Of a stretch of 64,000 bases of DNA, positions 31,517-44,230 are shown one piece after another. The stretch is from Syntrophaceae bacterium UBA7520 (GTDB lineage: Bacteria > Desulfobacterota > Syntrophia > Syntrophales > Smithellaceae). Under the pieces are notes generated by a model. That model did not search any database. It worked only from the letters and a program-made list of their open reading frames with translations, and had not been told where the DNA came from. The position numbers were made by a program, and so were the translations under genes. How positions within the stretch are numbered: the stretch's first letter is position 1; each line of letters starts with the position of its first letter. Location: the NCBI GenBank assembly GCA_002478265.1, contig DLNC01000019.1, positions 2,866-66,865 of the forward strand, written 5' to 3'.

Positions 31517-32749
31517 CTATTCTATCACGGTATACGCGGCTTCGCTTTGTTGCGTCAAATCAAGCCCGATGATTTCTTTTTCTTCTTCAACCCTCATACC
31601 CACAAGCGCATCGACTATTTTAAAAATGATAAAAGTCATCGTCACGGCAAAAGCCACCGCCACCAGAACCAGCAACCCCTGTACAAGAAACTGCTGCACA
31701 TTACCGAAAAGCAGGCCATCCGCGCCGTTTTCGTTCAAAGCTTTCTGCGCGAAAATCCCCACGGCAATCGTGCCAAAAATTCCACCCACGCCATGCACAC
31801 CGAAAGCGTCAAGCGAATCATCATACCCGATTTTTCCCTTGATTACCGCAACCGCAAGATAGCATATTGCTCCCGCCATTATGCCGATTGCCATAGCGCT
31901 CATCGGGCTCACAAAACCGCATGCGGGCGTGATTGCCACCAGACCGCCTATCGCGCCGGTGACCGCGCCGAGAATAGTTGGAGAACCGATGTGCCACCAT
32001 TCCACCATGACCCAGGTCAAAGCGGCTGCGGCAGTGGCAATCTGCGTGGCAACCATTGCCTGAGCGGCCAAACCATTCGCGGCCAGGGAAGAGCCGGCGT
32101 TGAATCCAAACCAGCCGAACCACAAAAGAGCTCCTCCCAAAACAGTGAACGGCAGATTGTGCGGGCGAATCGGTTTATGATTATAACCAAGTCTTTTGCC
32201 CAGCATAATCGCCAAAACCAAAGCCGAAATTCCTGAACTGACATGAACAACAATGCCCCCGGCAAAATCCAGCGCGCCCAAAGCGGCCAGCCACCCGTTT
32301 TTATTCCATACCCAATGCGCGAGCGGATCATAGACAAAAGTCGCCCAAAGAATCGTGAAAATCAGAAAGGCGGAAAATTTCATACGTTCGGCGAACGCTC
32401 CGATCATCAGAGCGGGCGTGATAATGGCGAACATCGCCTGAAAAAGCATGAAAGCGAAGTGAGGGATTGTCGCTGCGTAATCCGCGCTGGGCGCCGCTCC
32501 CACGCCCGCCAGCCCCATCCATTCCAGATTGCCGATAATGCCGGAAATCGATGGACCGAAGGCCAGAGAATAACCGAAGAGCACCCACTGCAGGCTGATT
32601 ACGCACATGATGATAAAGCACTGCATCAGAATCGAAAGGACGTTTTTTCTTCTGACCAGTCCGCCGTAAAAAAAAGCCAATCCCGGTATCGTCATCAGCA
32701 ACACCAGGGCTGTCGCGGTCAAAACCCACGCTGTATCTCCACTGTTCAT
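31517..32749 (-). CDS. amtB: ammonium transporter
   Basis: 410 aa, about 11 TM. Contains DTAWVLTATALVLLMTIPGLAFFYGG, DFAGGIVVHVSSG and DDSLDAFGVHGVGG. AGGAGG RBS. Confidence 0.95.
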   Translation of the reverse strand: MNSGDTAWVLTATALVLLMTIPGLAFFYGGLVRRKNVLSILMQCFIIMCVISLQWVLFGYSLAFGPSISGIIGNLEWMGLAGVGAAPSADYAATIPHFAFMLFQAMFAIITPALMIGAFAERMKFSAFLIFTILWATFVYDPLAHWVWNKNGWLAALGALDFAGGIVVHVSSGISALVLAIMLGKRLGYNHKPIRPHNLPFTVLGGALLWFGWFGFNAGSSLAANGLAAQAMVATQIATAAAALTWVMVEWWHIGSPTILGAVTGAIGGLVAITPACGFVSPMSAMAIGIMAGAICYLAVAVIKGKIGYDDSLDAFGVHGVGGIFGTIAVGIFAQKALNENGADGLLFGNVQQFLVQGLLVLVAVAFAVTMTFIIFKIVDALVGMRVEEEKEIIGLDLTQQSEAAYTVIE

Positions 32750-32799
32750 AATAATTACCTCCTGAACTTTTTAATTTAAATTCGTCCGCCTTATGAAAT

Positions 32800-32815
32800 A
32801 GCAACGTCAATGCCA
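32800..32815 (-). promoter_or_regulatory. sigma54 (-24/-12) promoter for amt-glnK
   Basis: The minus strand reads TGGCAT-TGACG-TTGCT with GG-N10-GC spacing, about 50 nt upstream of the amt ATG. Confidence 0.6.
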
Positions 32816-33035
32816 AATACTTAAGCTGCCGATTATATTAATTAATTCCCCGTGGGACATCTTAATTACAGCAAAAAGAATAAACAAAGACGTTTTGATA
32901 AACAGCATAAAGAACAATTTTGTTGCTTATTTTGCTGCCGGCAAGTTATGGGTCAATAATCAGCCTGCTTGACGCAAAAGGAAAAATATAATTCATATAT
33001 TAAAAATTTTCGAAAACAAGGAAGGATGAAATCAC

Positions 33036-33356
33036 ATGAAGTGGGCTATTTTGATTTTGGCGGGAATATTCGAAGTCGGCTGGGCGATCGGATTAAAATA
33101 CACTGCAGGCTTTACGAAACTCTGGCCTACAATTTGGACGGCGGTAGCTTTAATTGTCAGTCTTTTGCTTTTAGGCTTAGCCGTGAGAGATTTACCGGTC
33201 GGAACAGCTTATAGTGTCTGGGTGGGGGTGGGAGCCGCGGGAACGGTAATCCTGGGCATCGTGCTTCTCGGGGAATCTGCCAGTCCGGCACGCCTGATAA
33301 GCATTGGATTGATTATTGCCGGCATTATCGGCTTGCGTCTGGCAACCCCCGCTTGA
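33036..33356 (+). CDS. sugE: SMR family transporter SugE/Gdx
   Basis: 106 aa, 4 [25 protein letters not shown] carries the conserved membrane Glu. Confidence 0.88.
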   Translation: MKWAILILAGIFEVGWAIGLKYTAGFTKLWPTIWTAVALIVSLLLLGLAVRDLPVGTAYSVWVGVGAAGTVILGIVLLGESASPARLISIGLIIAGIIGLRLATPA

Positions 33357-33438
33357 AAATAAGCCAAATTAACAAACACAAGATATATTCTTGTGTTAAA
33401 ATTATTTGAATATAATACGTCAATAAGGAGTCAGCATA

Positions 33439-34038
33439 ATGGAAATCAATATCTCCGCAGCACGCGTTGGCGGCGTGCGTTCAAATTTTCCGGGCATCAA
33501 ACTTTACGCTTCGCCTGATGAGCTGACCATGAAAGTGCCCCTGCTGGGCGTTTACAAATTCACCCCCGGCGATATTATAAGTTTCGAGGATAATAAAGGT
33601 CTTTACGGCGCCAATGTTTTTATTAACCATAATGTGCTGGATTATCCGCAAAAAATTTCGCTCGATTACAAGGGCGGGGCGCACGCGCTGGCGCTTCTGC
33701 TTAATCAACACGGATTTATTCCCAAAGGCGTGGCGGGCGCGTCGCTTTTGAGAAAAGGCTTTCCCGCGCGCTGGTCTTTCATCATAACCGCCGTTTTGCT
33801 CTGGAACGGGATGCTTATCTACGGCAAGCTGCAAAATCAATTTACTTTGTACAGCTTAATCGCCATTGCCGCCATGCTTTTGATAACGGCTTTTCTGCCG
33901 CGCTCTGCAGCGCTGCAAAAGCTAGCCCTGAAAGACGGGCGACGGGTCGGAGAAATAAGACCAACGCTTAATTTATTGAAATTAGTAGCGGCGGTAATTT
34001 TTGTCGCTTCTCTTTTTTCTTTACTGCTGACACGATAA
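33439..34038 (+). CDS. hypothetical membrane protein
   Basis: 199 aa. Soluble N-terminal half, then three hydrophobic helices. No family recognised. Confidence 0.5.
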   Translation: MEINISAARVGGVRSNFPGIKLYASPDELTMKVPLLGVYKFTPGDIISFEDNKGLYGANVFINHNVLDYPQKISLDYKGGAHALALLLNQHGFIPKGVAGASLLRKGFPARWSFIITAVLLWNGMLIYGKLQNQFTLYSLIAIAAMLLITAFLPRSAALQKLALKDGRRVGEIRPTLNLLKLVAAVIFVASLFSLLLTR

Positions 34039-34163
34039 TGAAAAATGGGTAATCATAATTCTTTTTTGAATCCTCTCGCCCTAAAAATAGCGCGCGTGCC
34101 CTTTGTGGCGCGAGATGCATTCACGCTCACGTTGGCTGAAATAATCTGATCGGCAAAATAATT

Positions 34164-35066
34164 ATGGATCTTAATAAAATTCCTTACAGAAAAATCGTCG
34201 ACAATCTCTACGATGGCTTGTATATTGTAAATAAAGAACGGGTAATCCAATACTGGAATAAAGCGGCCGAAAGAATATCCGGTTTTACGGCGGCAGAAGT
34301 TATCGGCAAATCGTGCGCGGATAAAATTCTTACTCATGTAGACAAAGAAGGTCATGATCTGTGCGGTGGTTTGTGCCCGCTGGTTTTCACCGTCACAGAA
34401 GGTCAGGTTTGTGAGGCAGAAGTGTTTCTGCATCATAAAGAAGGTCACCGCGTGCCTGTATTTGTCCGTACCGCTCCCCTCATCGGCAAAGACAATTCAA
34501 TAATTGGAGCCGTTGAACTCTTTACCGACATGAGCAATTTTAAGGCGGATGAACTGAGGATAAAGGAACTGGAAGAGATGGCCCTGTTGGATAACTTAAC
34601 GCGGCTTGCCAATCGAAACCATATCGAAAGAGAGCTAACGATGAGACTGGAAGAAAGCAAAAGATTTAACGTTCGGTTCGGCATCATCTTCTTGGACATA
34701 GATCATTTTAAAAAGGTCAATGACACATACGGTCATGACATGGGCGACCGAGTTTTAAAGTTCGTTGCGGACACTTTAGCGAAAAACATCAGGCCTTTCG
34801 ATCTGGTCGGGCGTTGGGGAGGTGAAGAATTTATAGCAATCATCCGAAACGCCAACGAAAATGTCCTCATTGAACTGAGTAACCGGCTGCGAATGCTGGT
34901 CGAAAAATCTTATATTGTATTGGCGGACGATAAACTCAATGTAACCATTTCTATTGGCACAACAATTGTTCGCGGCGATGACGACATAAATTCGATTATT
35001 AAAAGAGCGGATGAACTTCTCTATCAAAGCAAAAGAGCCGGAAGAAATCGCCTGACCTTTGGCTAA
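34164..35066 (+). CDS. PAS-GGDEF diguanylate cyclase
   Basis: 300 aa. PAS-like N-terminus (YWNKAAERISGF). Active site GGEEF, with an RxxD I-site (RPFD) five residues upstream. Confidence 0.88.
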   Translation: MDLNKIPYRKIVDNLYDGLYIVNKERVIQYWNKAAERISGFTAAEVIGKSCADKILTHVDKEGHDLCGGLCPLVFTVTEGQVCEAEVFLHHKEGHRVPVFVRTAPLIGKDNSIIGAVELFTDMSNFKADELRIKELEEMALLDNLTRLANRNHIERELTMRLEESKRFNVRFGIIFLDIDHFKKVNDTYGHDMGDRVLKFVADTLAKNIRPFDLVGRWGGEEFIAIIRNANENVLIELSNRLRMLVEKSYIVLADDKLNVTISIGTTIVRGDDDINSIIKRADELLYQSKRAGRNRLTFG

Positions 35067-35135
35067 GACAGCTATGTTCCTATCAGGCATCCGCGCTTCC
35101 GATGGCTTTGCAGCGGACTGTATGGGATTACCCTT

Positions 35136-35912
35136 TTACTTCAGTTTGTAAATTTGAGCCCGGCAGATTTCCTGAAAACCGATGCGCCGGTAAACTTTCT
35201 CACCCGCTGGTGTTGCTTGCAGAATGACTTTCTTGTGGCCGGCGTCTTTTGCTGCGCGCATTGCCGCCAAAGTCACATGAAAACCGAGTCCCTTGTTGCG
35301 AAACTCAGGTAAAGTGGCGACATAATAAATGCCCGCCGTTTCCTTATCTGTAAAAAGCAAAGACGTGGCTGCCGGGTTACCGTCAACATATACCAGAAAT
35401 AGTTTTTGCGCCCGCCGATTGCTTTGCGCAAACGACAAGACAAAAGCGTTGTATTCGTCGCGCGTGCGCTCGGGCATTTGAAAACCGCGAAAGGAAATAT
35501 CCGCCCATAAAGGCAAATCTTTGTTGCTTTTGACTTCCGACACGGTAATTTGCGCGGGAATATTTTCCTCAAGCGCCTTAATATCCAAATCCGCCACCAT
35601 GCAGGGAATTTGCGCAATCAGATCCATCCCCGCTGCGGCCAGCAAGTCCCTGGTCCGGGGCGTATCGCCGCGCGGATACAACCACCACCAGAAGCGAAGA
35701 TTAAGATTGTGGTAATATTCTTTTATTTCCTCAATTGCCTCCGCGTTGTCTGCAAAAAGCGGTTTTTCATTCCAGACCCAGTTAAAATCGGAGATCGACA
35801 CGCCGGTGTGCATCGAGCACACGGCATCTTTCTGCCGGAAGGACGCGTTGAGGCCGCCCCAATAGCGCCCGACGGCGAAAAAATTTTTTTCGGCATGGTC
35901 AAGGTTATTCAT
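35136..35912 (-). CDS. GNAT family acetyltransferase (two-lobed)
   Basis: C-terminal lobe VATLPEFRNKGLGFHVTLAAM...YRRIGF. ATG 35912 preferred over TTG 35954. Confidence 0.7.
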   Translation of the reverse strand: MNNLDHAEKNFFAVGRYWGGLNASFRQKDAVCSMHTGVSISDFNWVWNEKPLFADNAEAIEEIKEYYHNLNLRFWWWLYPRGDTPRTRDLLAAAGMDLIAQIPCMVADLDIKALEENIPAQITVSEVKSNKDLPLWADISFRGFQMPERTRDEYNAFVLSFAQSNRRAQKLFLVYVDGNPAATSLLFTDKETAGIYYVATLPEFRNKGLGFHVTLAAMRAAKDAGHKKVILQATPAGEKVYRRIGFQEICRAQIYKLK

Positions 35913-35975
35913 GCAACTATCCACGCACGACGTGCTTCGCCGTCCGACAGTCAAAAAATTTCAGAAGATATTTTT

Positions 35976-36254
35976 TTACTTTTTAAAACGGGCCTTGGCC
36001 TTATCCAGAGACTTCTTGAAAATATTCCAGGCGCCCTCCACCCCTTCTTTCAAATCTTTCCAGGAAGATTCGCTGGCGTCCTGGATTTCCGCCAGCTTGG
36101 TTCTAGCCGCGTCATAACGCTCGCGCAATGTTTTGATTTGCGCGTCATACTCATCCTTGGTCTTTTTCGCCTTGGCCTCCAGCTTATCAATATCGGCGCT
36201 CCATTTATCAATCTTTGTTTTCAGCTTCGCCACATACGCGTCTTTCTTTTCCAT
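35976..36254 (-). CDS. small coiled-coil protein (hypothetical)
   Basis: 92 aa, Lys/Glu/Asp-rich helical sequence. Clean ORF between flanking genes. Confidence 0.5.
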   Translation of the reverse strand: MEKKDAYVAKLKTKIDKWSADIDKLEAKAKKTKDEYDAQIKTLRERYDAARTKLAEIQDASESSWKDLKEGVEGAWNIFKKSLDKAKARFKK

Positions 36255-36284
36255 ATCGCTCCCTCCTTTTTACTGAAACAAAAA

Positions 36285-36959
36285 TCAGACAATCCGCGCC
36301 AGCCTTGTCCAGCTGTGTGTTTGCCAACGCGGATCAATGCTGCCGGAAGCGCTTACCGCTGATTTTATGCCGCATTTTTGCGCAAAATATCGATGCAGCG
36401 CCAGGCAGCCGGTCAGTTCCGGATGAAAAACGGTAACCAGAATATTATCATCCTCCGCGGCGGCGATGTAATCATCCATTCTCAGCAATATCCTGACATC
36501 AGGGCCGACGCGCAGAATTTTGGGCGCGCGAATAAAAGTCAAGGGAATGGACTCAGCAGCGACTTGCGGCATCACTGCCTCTGCGGCAAAGCTGTCCAGC
36601 TGCGAGCCGAAGCCATTGCGCTCGATTTCCATATCCATCAGCCCCAAACACGTCTCTTCATTGACAATTTTTTTGGCCAGAAGAATCGCCCCGGCGCAAG
36701 TGCCCCAGATTTTCATGCCGCGCTGATAATGCCGCACAATAACTTCCTGGAGGCCAAAAATTGACAGCAGGCGCTTCAGGCAGGTGCTTTCGCCGCCGGG
36801 AATAATTAAACCTGCTAAATCGTTAAAATCATTTTCTTCCTTCACTCGGCGGCCGGTAATGCCCAGGCGCTCTAAATGATCCAGGTGCTCATAAACCCCG
36901 CCCTGCAGATCGAGCACACCGATTACCGCGGGAGTGTCTTTTACCAGATGCAATGACAT
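36285..36959 (-). CDS. pdxT: pyridoxal 5'-phosphate synthase glutaminase subunit
   Basis: Contains GVLDLQGG, IIPGGEST, WGTCAGAILLA (Cys nucleophile) and VFHPELT. Directly downstream of pdxS. Confidence 0.9.
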   Translation of the reverse strand: MSLHLVKDTPAVIGVLDLQGGVYEHLDHLERLGITGRRVKEENDFNDLAGLIIPGGESTCLKRLLSIFGLQEVIVRHYQRGMKIWGTCAGAILLAKKIVNEETCLGLMDMEIERNGFGSQLDSFAAEAVMPQVAAESIPLTFIRAPKILRVGPDVRILLRMDDYIAAAEDDNILVTVFHPELTGCLALHRYFAQKCGIKSAVSASGSIDPRWQTHSWTRLARIV

Positions 36960-36970
36960 ATTTTTGAAAT

Positions 36971-37852
36971 TTACCAGCCGCGTCCCGCCAGAAGTTGTTC
37001 GGGAGGAATCTGTCCTATTTCGAGGCCGGGCATCGCTTCGCCCAATCCCATCGAGGCCTCCAGCACTTTTTGGGGGTCATTGAAGTAAGCGGTCGCCTTG
37101 ACTATTGCCTTGGCGCGCAGCGCCGGATCCGCCGATTTAAAAATGCCGGAACCCACAAAAATTCCGTCGCAGCCCAGCTGCATCATCATCGCCGCGTCCG
37201 CGGGCGTGGCAATGCCGCCCGCAGCGAAGTTCACCACCGGCAAGCGACCGAGCTCTTTGACTTTAAGCGTCAGTTCATAAGGCAGTCCGTTTGCTTTGGC
37301 AAAACCGGTTACTTCTTCCTTGGGCATTTCCGCAAGCTGGCGGATTTCGCGGTTCATTGTTCGCATATGGCGCACGGCTTCCACCACGTTGCCTGTCCCT
37401 GCTTCACCCTTGGTACGGATCATGGCCGCGCCTTCGGCAATACGCCTAAGCGCTTCGCCGAGGTTGCGCGCACCGCAGACAAAAGGAATCTTAAATTTTG
37501 TTTTATCGATATGGCACTCTTCATCCGCCGGAGTAAGAACTTCACTCTCATCGATGTAATCAATCTTCAGCGCTTCCAGAATCTGCGCCTCGACAAAATG
37601 GCCGATGCGCGCCTTGGCCATCACCGGAATCGAAACAGCTTTTTTAATTTCGGCAATCATCGCCGGATCGGACATACGCGCTACGCCGCCATCTTTCCGA
37701 ATATCGGCCGGCACGCGCTCGAGTGCCATCACCGCCACGGCACCGGCTTCCTCGGCGATTTTTGCCTGTTCCACATTGGTTACATCCATGATGACGCCGC
37801 CCTTGAGCATCTGCGCCAGCTGGATATTTAATTCATGCCTTTTGGTGTCCAA
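36971..37852 (-). CDS. pdxS: pyridoxal 5'-phosphate synthase lyase subunit
   Basis: 293 aa. Contains [32 protein letters not shown] and [13 protein letters not shown]. Confidence 0.96.
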   Translation of the reverse strand: MDTKRHELNIQLAQMLKGGVIMDVTNVEQAKIAEEAGAVAVMALERVPADIRKDGGVARMSDPAMIAEIKKAVSIPVMAKARIGHFVEAQILEALKIDYIDESEVLTPADEECHIDKTKFKIPFVCGARNLGEALRRIAEGAAMIRTKGEAGTGNVVEAVRHMRTMNREIRQLAEMPKEEVTGFAKANGLPYELTLKVKELGRLPVVNFAAGGIATPADAAMMMQLGCDGIFVGSGIFKSADPALRAKAIVKATAYFNDPQKVLEASMGLGEAMPGLEIGQIPPEQLLAGRGW

Positions 37853-37979
37853 TTATATCGCCTCCTAACTAATCCTTAACGTAAAAATCTTAATACTTAA
37901 CATTGTTTTTGTATAGTGAAATATTTGATGGTAATTTATGAAACCAGACGCCGTTCGTCAAGGATATTCAGGCGTTTTG

Positions 37980-38759
37980 CTACCAGATATTTCTTACCTT
38001 AATGCCGCGCTCTGCCAAAAAATGCTTTATTCCCGCGATGGTATACGTTTTGTAATGCACCATCGAGGCGATAAGCGCCGCGTCCGCCTTGCCCGCCGTC
38101 AGGACTTCCGCCAGATGTTCGGGCTTGCCCGCGCCACCGGAGGCAATTACCGGAATTTTCACGCTTTCGGAGATAAGTCTTGTTAAATTCAATTCGTAGC
38201 CGTCCTGCGTGCCGTCGGCGTCGATGGAATTAAGGCAAATTTCACCCGCGCCGAGGTTTTGGGCTTCTTTGGCCCACCACAGCGCGTCCAGGCCGGTATA
38301 AACGCGACCTCCTTCCACGACGATCTCGTAACTGGAGGGAGTTTTTTTGCTTTGCTCCACTTTTTTCACATCCATTCCCAAAACCACGCACTGGCTGCCG
38401 AAAGCTTTAGCGCCCTGCGTGATAATTTGCGGATTTTCCACCGCCGCGGAATTGACGCTTATCTTTTCCGCGCCCGCCCCAATTACTTTGCGCATGTCTT
38501 CCAGATTGCGGATGCCTCCCCCTACGGAAAAGGGAATGAATATTGTTTCCGCCACGCGCCGCACCACCTCAATCATGATATCGCGCTTGTCGGATGATGC
38601 CGTAATATCATAGAAAACTATTTCATCCGCTCCCTGTTCGTAATACTGGCGCGCCGCTTCCACCGGATCGCCAATGTCCACATTGCCTTTAAACTTAATG
38701 CCCTTGGTGAGCTTTCCCGCGCGCACATCCAGACAGGGGATTATCCTCTTGGAAATCAT
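37980..38759 (-). CDS. hisF: imidazole glycerol phosphate synthase cyclase subunit
   Basis: [12 protein letters not shown]..., SVGGGIR, ASGGAG. ATG 38759 overlaps the hisH stop as ATGA. Confidence 0.94.
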   Translation of the reverse strand: MISKRIIPCLDVRAGKLTKGIKFKGNVDIGDPVEAARQYYEQGADEIVFYDITASSDKRDIMIEVVRRVAETIFIPFSVGGGIRNLEDMRKVIGAGAEKISVNSAAVENPQIITQGAKAFGSQCVVLGMDVKKVEQSKKTPSSYEIVVEGGRVYTGLDALWWAKEAQNLGAGEICLNSIDADGTQDGYELNLTRLISESVKIPVIASGGAGKPEHLAEVLTAGKADAALIASMVHYKTYTIAGIKHFLAERGIKVRNIW

Positions 38760-39382
38760 TTTCCCCTCCACGCGCAGAAGTTTTTCAAAAGCTGCAATCC
38801 GGGCCGGCCGCTTTTTTCCGGATGGAACTGCACGGCCACCAAGTTTTTAAAAGTCAAAGCGGAGCAGAAATTTATGCCGTATTCGGTCACGCCTAAAACC
38901 ACCGCTTCTTCCGCGGGCGCGGGGTAATAGGAATGCACAAAATAAAACTCCGCTTCCGGCGCAATCCCTTCAAAAACCGGATGCTTGCGTCGTAAAACAA
39001 CGCTGTTCCAGCCCATGTGCGGAATCTTCAGCGCCCGGTCGCCGCAAGTCAGCTTATCCGGAAAACGCCGCGTTACTCCTTTCACCAAACCAATGCAGTC
39101 CGTGTTATTTTCCTCGCTATGCTCCAAAATTATCTGCGTGCCCAGGCAGATGCCGAGCATAGGCTTGCCTGCGGCAAAACAATTTTTCAGCGCCACGTCC
39201 AGTTTTTGCGGACGCAGATAAGCCATGGCTTCGCCCGCCGCGCCCACGCCGGGAAAAATAATATGCGAAGCCTCTTTGAGCTTTTTCTCATCATCGGTAA
39301 TAACAAAATTCCCGCCGATATTTTCCAGCGCCCGCGCGACACTGGTAATGTTTCCGGCATTATAATCAATAATCGCGATCAT
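38756..39382 (-). CDS. hisH: imidazole glycerol phosphate synthase glutaminase subunit
   Basis: 208 aa. Contains [22 protein letters not shown] and QFHPEKS. Confidence 0.94.
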   Translation of the reverse strand: MIAIIDYNAGNITSVARALENIGGNFVITDDEKKLKEASHIIFPGVGAAGEAMAYLRPQKLDVALKNCFAAGKPMLGICLGTQIILEHSEENNTDCIGLVKGVTRRFPDKLTCGDRALKIPHMGWNSVVLRRKHPVFEGIAPEAEFYFVHSYYPAPAEEAVVLGVTEYGINFCSALTFKNLVAVQFHPEKSGRPGLQLLKNFCAWRGK

Positions 39383-39397
39383 ATGGTTAAAATGACC

Positions 39398-39949
39398 TTA
39401 TCTTTCCGCAATTTTGATTCCCAGGCGCGCGCATAAATCGTCTACCTGCTTTATCTGCTGCGGTGTAAAGAAAATCCCGTGCGGCGCGAGATCATAAACT
39501 TTGGGCCACACGCCTTTATTATTCACCAAAAGCAGGGTAGCGCCGTGCTTTTGGCCGGAAAATAAAAAATTATTCAAATCGGGAGAGACATGCCAACTGT
39601 ACTCGTCAATGTCCTGCCATAACTGGGCGAAGGAAGGCTCCACAAACAGGCCTTTTCCCGTCACCACAAGAATTTTGCCCTTTCTGCGCTTCATCATGTA
39701 AAGCGTGAAAACCAGCGCCGCCCCAAAAAACAAAAACATCCCCACCAGAACAATTTGCTGCTCTTTTGTCTTGTCTTTCAACATCCTGATTAAGTCTTGA
39801 TGATAAACAAACAAAAGCGCGACAAGCAAAAGAAGAAAGAGCTTGAGCGCCCCTTCTCCTCGGGCGTGTTGAGCTTCTATCCGCAGCGCTTCCGGCGCCG
39901 TGCGGATTTCCTCAATTTTTTCCTGATTCTTTTTTGTGCCAATAAACAT
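39398..39949 (-). CDS. hypothetical membrane protein
   Basis: 183 aa. Two TM helices followed by a soluble domain. 15 nt upstream of hisH. No family recognised. Confidence 0.5.
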   Translation of the reverse strand: MFIGTKKNQEKIEEIRTAPEALRIEAQHARGEGALKLFLLLLVALLFVYHQDLIRMLKDKTKEQQIVLVGMFLFFGAALVFTLYMMKRRKGKILVVTGKGLFVEPSFAQLWQDIDEYSWHVSPDLNNFLFSGQKHGATLLLVNNKGVWPKVYDLAPHGIFFTPQQIKQVDDLCARLGIKIAER

Positions 39950-40013
39950 GTCTTAAAAATATTCCGCCAAAGCTGCACGGTATGTAGCAATTTTTATGCG
40001 CGGCTGGCAATAT

Positions 40014-40946
40014 TTATTTTACAAAGCATTCCCCCTGGTAACTATCCCGCCGTTCCATCTCTTTATTTATTGAATTTAACACATCCAATTTATTCATCGC
40101 CCAGGTTGGCGCCAAAAAGATATCGCGGTAGCCGTCAGCGGTCAAACGCTGAATCACCAAGCGCGGCGGCAGCACTTCCAGAATATCGGCTACCAGTGAA
40201 ACATATTTTTCTTTGTCCATGAGTTTGACGGAGCCGTTTTTATACATCTGCCCCAGCAGGGTTCCTTCCAGCGCCAAAAGCGAATGAATCTTGATGCCGT
40301 CGATAGGCAAGCCGGCAAGGGTTCTTGCCGTCTGTATTATTTCCTCATCTGTTTCGTCTGGCAGGCCGACAATAATATGCGCGCAGATATTTATGCCACG
40401 CCCGGCGCAGGCGCGCACCGCATCGATAAACTGCGAAAAATTATGCCCTCGGTTGATTAACCGCAGCGTTCTATCGTGCATTGATTGTAATCCCAACTCC
40501 AGCCAGACATGATGTTTTTTGGCGTAACCGCTGAGCAGATCAATTATCTCTGAATCAACGCAATCCGGTCTTGTGCCAATGGAAAGGCCAATAACATCTT
40601 CCTCGGCCAACGCTTCATCATAGAGAGAGCGCAGTTTTTCCACCGGCGCGTAGGTATTGGTGAAGGTCTGAAAATAAGCGACAAATTTTGAGGCGTGCGG
40701 TTTGTAGAATTTTTTACCGCTTTGAATCTGTTGGGAAACAGAAGGCAGCGCCCCCTTCTGGCGCAGTTTTGAGCCGCGTCCATCGCAGTAAATACAGCCG
40801 CCTGTGGCCACATGGCCGTCGCGATTGGGACAAGTGAAGCCCGCGTCAATCTGCAGTTTGTGCACGTTGACGCCGAAGAGATTGCGCCAGTAGCTTTTCA
40901 GATCGTAATATCTTTTATCATTTTTCCAGAAATCGGGCCTGGGCAT
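40014..40946 (-). CDS. TIGR01212-type radical SAM protein (YhcC-like)
   Basis: 310 aa. FTCPNRDGHVATGGCIYC cluster motif, then the typical YFQTFTNTY segment. Confidence 0.82.
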   Translation of the reverse strand: MPRPDFWKNDKRYYDLKSYWRNLFGVNVHKLQIDAGFTCPNRDGHVATGGCIYCDGRGSKLRQKGALPSVSQQIQSGKKFYKPHASKFVAYFQTFTNTYAPVEKLRSLYDEALAEEDVIGLSIGTRPDCVDSEIIDLLSGYAKKHHVWLELGLQSMHDRTLRLINRGHNFSQFIDAVRACAGRGINICAHIIVGLPDETDEEIIQTARTLAGLPIDGIKIHSLLALEGTLLGQMYKNGSVKLMDKEKYVSLVADILEVLPPRLVIQRLTADGYRDIFLAPTWAMNKLDVLNSINKEMERRDSYQGECFVK

Positions 40947-41189
40947 GCCGCCTCTTTTCTATTGTTTTTTTACGGATCATGCCGTAGAAAACACATTGTT
41001 TCAACTATCGTAAATGTATAGTTATGTCTTTGCGAGCGAATGGCAATGAACAAAGCAATCTAATAAGTGTGCAATATATTAAGATTGCCGCGTTCACTGA
41101 CGTGAACTCGCAATGACAACTAGGCACCAGGAACGCTTTTACTACTGATTAAGAACATGCGCAAGCTATGGATTTAAGGAGCAGCAAAA

Positions 41190-43058
<1,869 letters not shown>

Positions 43059-43065
43059 TTACCGA

Positions 43066-43875
43066 CTAGGCTGTTATTTGCTTATCAAACTTATGGTAAT
43101 GCTGTTTTACCTTTTCTATATATCGCCAGTGATAACCTTTTAGACCTTCTTTGAGTGAAGCTGGACCCGCAAAATACGCCGCCAGCACATAATTCCATAC
43201 CTCTGGCTCCTGATAACCAAGCTTGGCGTAATTATCATACAGCTCCTTGAGAATTACCGAAGCGACCATAATATTAGCCTGCGGATCAAACATGTGCTCT
43301 CTGGTAACCGGAAGATTATGTTTTTCGACATAGGCGTTCCAGGTACCGGGCTGAATCTGCATAATTCCCTTGGCGTAAGCCCGCGAAACAACGGTGGGGC
43401 GAAAAGTGCTTTCGGTTTTCATAATTGCCAGATACATCTGCACGGGAATATTTGTTTTTCTTGATTCCTCAACTACGGCTTCGGCGATTTGCAAAGACAG
43501 GTTTTCTTCCACGCCTCTGCTTAAAAGCACTTCCGAGATATTTTTCTTTTTATTTAAAAGAATCCAACTGTCGTAAAGTTCATAATACATCGTTATCCGC
43601 GAGGAGTTTTGCCCGTCAAACGCGGCCTGGGCCTGCTTTTCGATGTAAATATAAGTGGTTCCTATCATAAGCGCAATCAGCGCGCACGCGATGATTCTGC
43701 CGAAGAAATTACTTTTGGCTATCGTGGTTGATTTCGCTCGTTTTTTTTCCTTGCGTTCAATTTCTTTCAGCTTTTGCTCGATCAACGCTGAAGAACTTTT
43801 CATTTTTATTTTTCCATTTTTTATCAGCTTTAATTTCATTTTACTCAACTCTCTTTCATACGTAAATACACACAC
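43066..43875 (-). CDS. membrane-anchored lytic transglycosylase (SLT domain)
   Basis: Contains MKTESTFRPTVVSRAYAKGIMQIQPGTW (catalytic E-S, GxMQ) and AYFAGP. One TM helix. Start uncertain: Met codons at 43875, 43839 and 43803. Confidence 0.8.
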   Translation of the reverse strand: MCVFTYERELSKMKLKLIKNGKIKMKSSSALIEQKLKEIERKEKKRAKSTTIAKSNFFGRIIACALIALMIGTTYIYIEKQAQAAFDGQNSSRITMYYELYDSWILLNKKKNISEVLLSRGVEENLSLQIAEAVVEESRKTNIPVQMYLAIMKTESTFRPTVVSRAYAKGIMQIQPGTWNAYVEKHNLPVTREHMFDPQANIMVASVILKELYDNYAKLGYQEPEVWNYVLAAYFAGPASLKEGLKGYHWRYIEKVKQHYHKFDKQITA

Positions 43876-44230
43876 CGGCTTTACCGTTGAATATTACTTT
43901 TCAACTGAATCAGAGGTCGAAGATAGTGTTAAGGTAATTTACGGGTGGGTGTTGATTTTTGGCGCATTGAGCTGAAACCGGAATCATTTGCCGCTCGCTT
44001 AAAGCGGCTTTGCTTCAGCTGCTATTTAGTTGTTATGTGTTAACCTATGGCCTTCTCCGTCAATAAATCATTTAAATTTTCTTATCAGGCAAAGCTATAT
44101 AATGAATTAAATTCGTTTCGTCAACCAAAAAATGTTGAAATTTACCTTCAGGGATGTTTAATTAATTGTATTCATTTGTTTTTTTATCAGTGTGTATTTT
44201 TTGCCATCGGGCGTCAAAACATGAAAATCA

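Noticed and set aside
32820-33035. Guanidine riboswitch (ykkC, mini-ykkC, guanidine-III) upstream of sugE
   Set aside because: I searched for paired ACGR tetraloop hairpins and the conserved ykkC/guanidine-III cores and found nothing convincing. The region more likely holds the enhancer sites for the divergent sigma54 promoter.
40947-41189. Replication origin next to mnmG/gidA
   Set aside because: No TTATCCACA-type DnaA boxes or AT-rich 13-mer repeats. dnaA and dnaN are not nearby.
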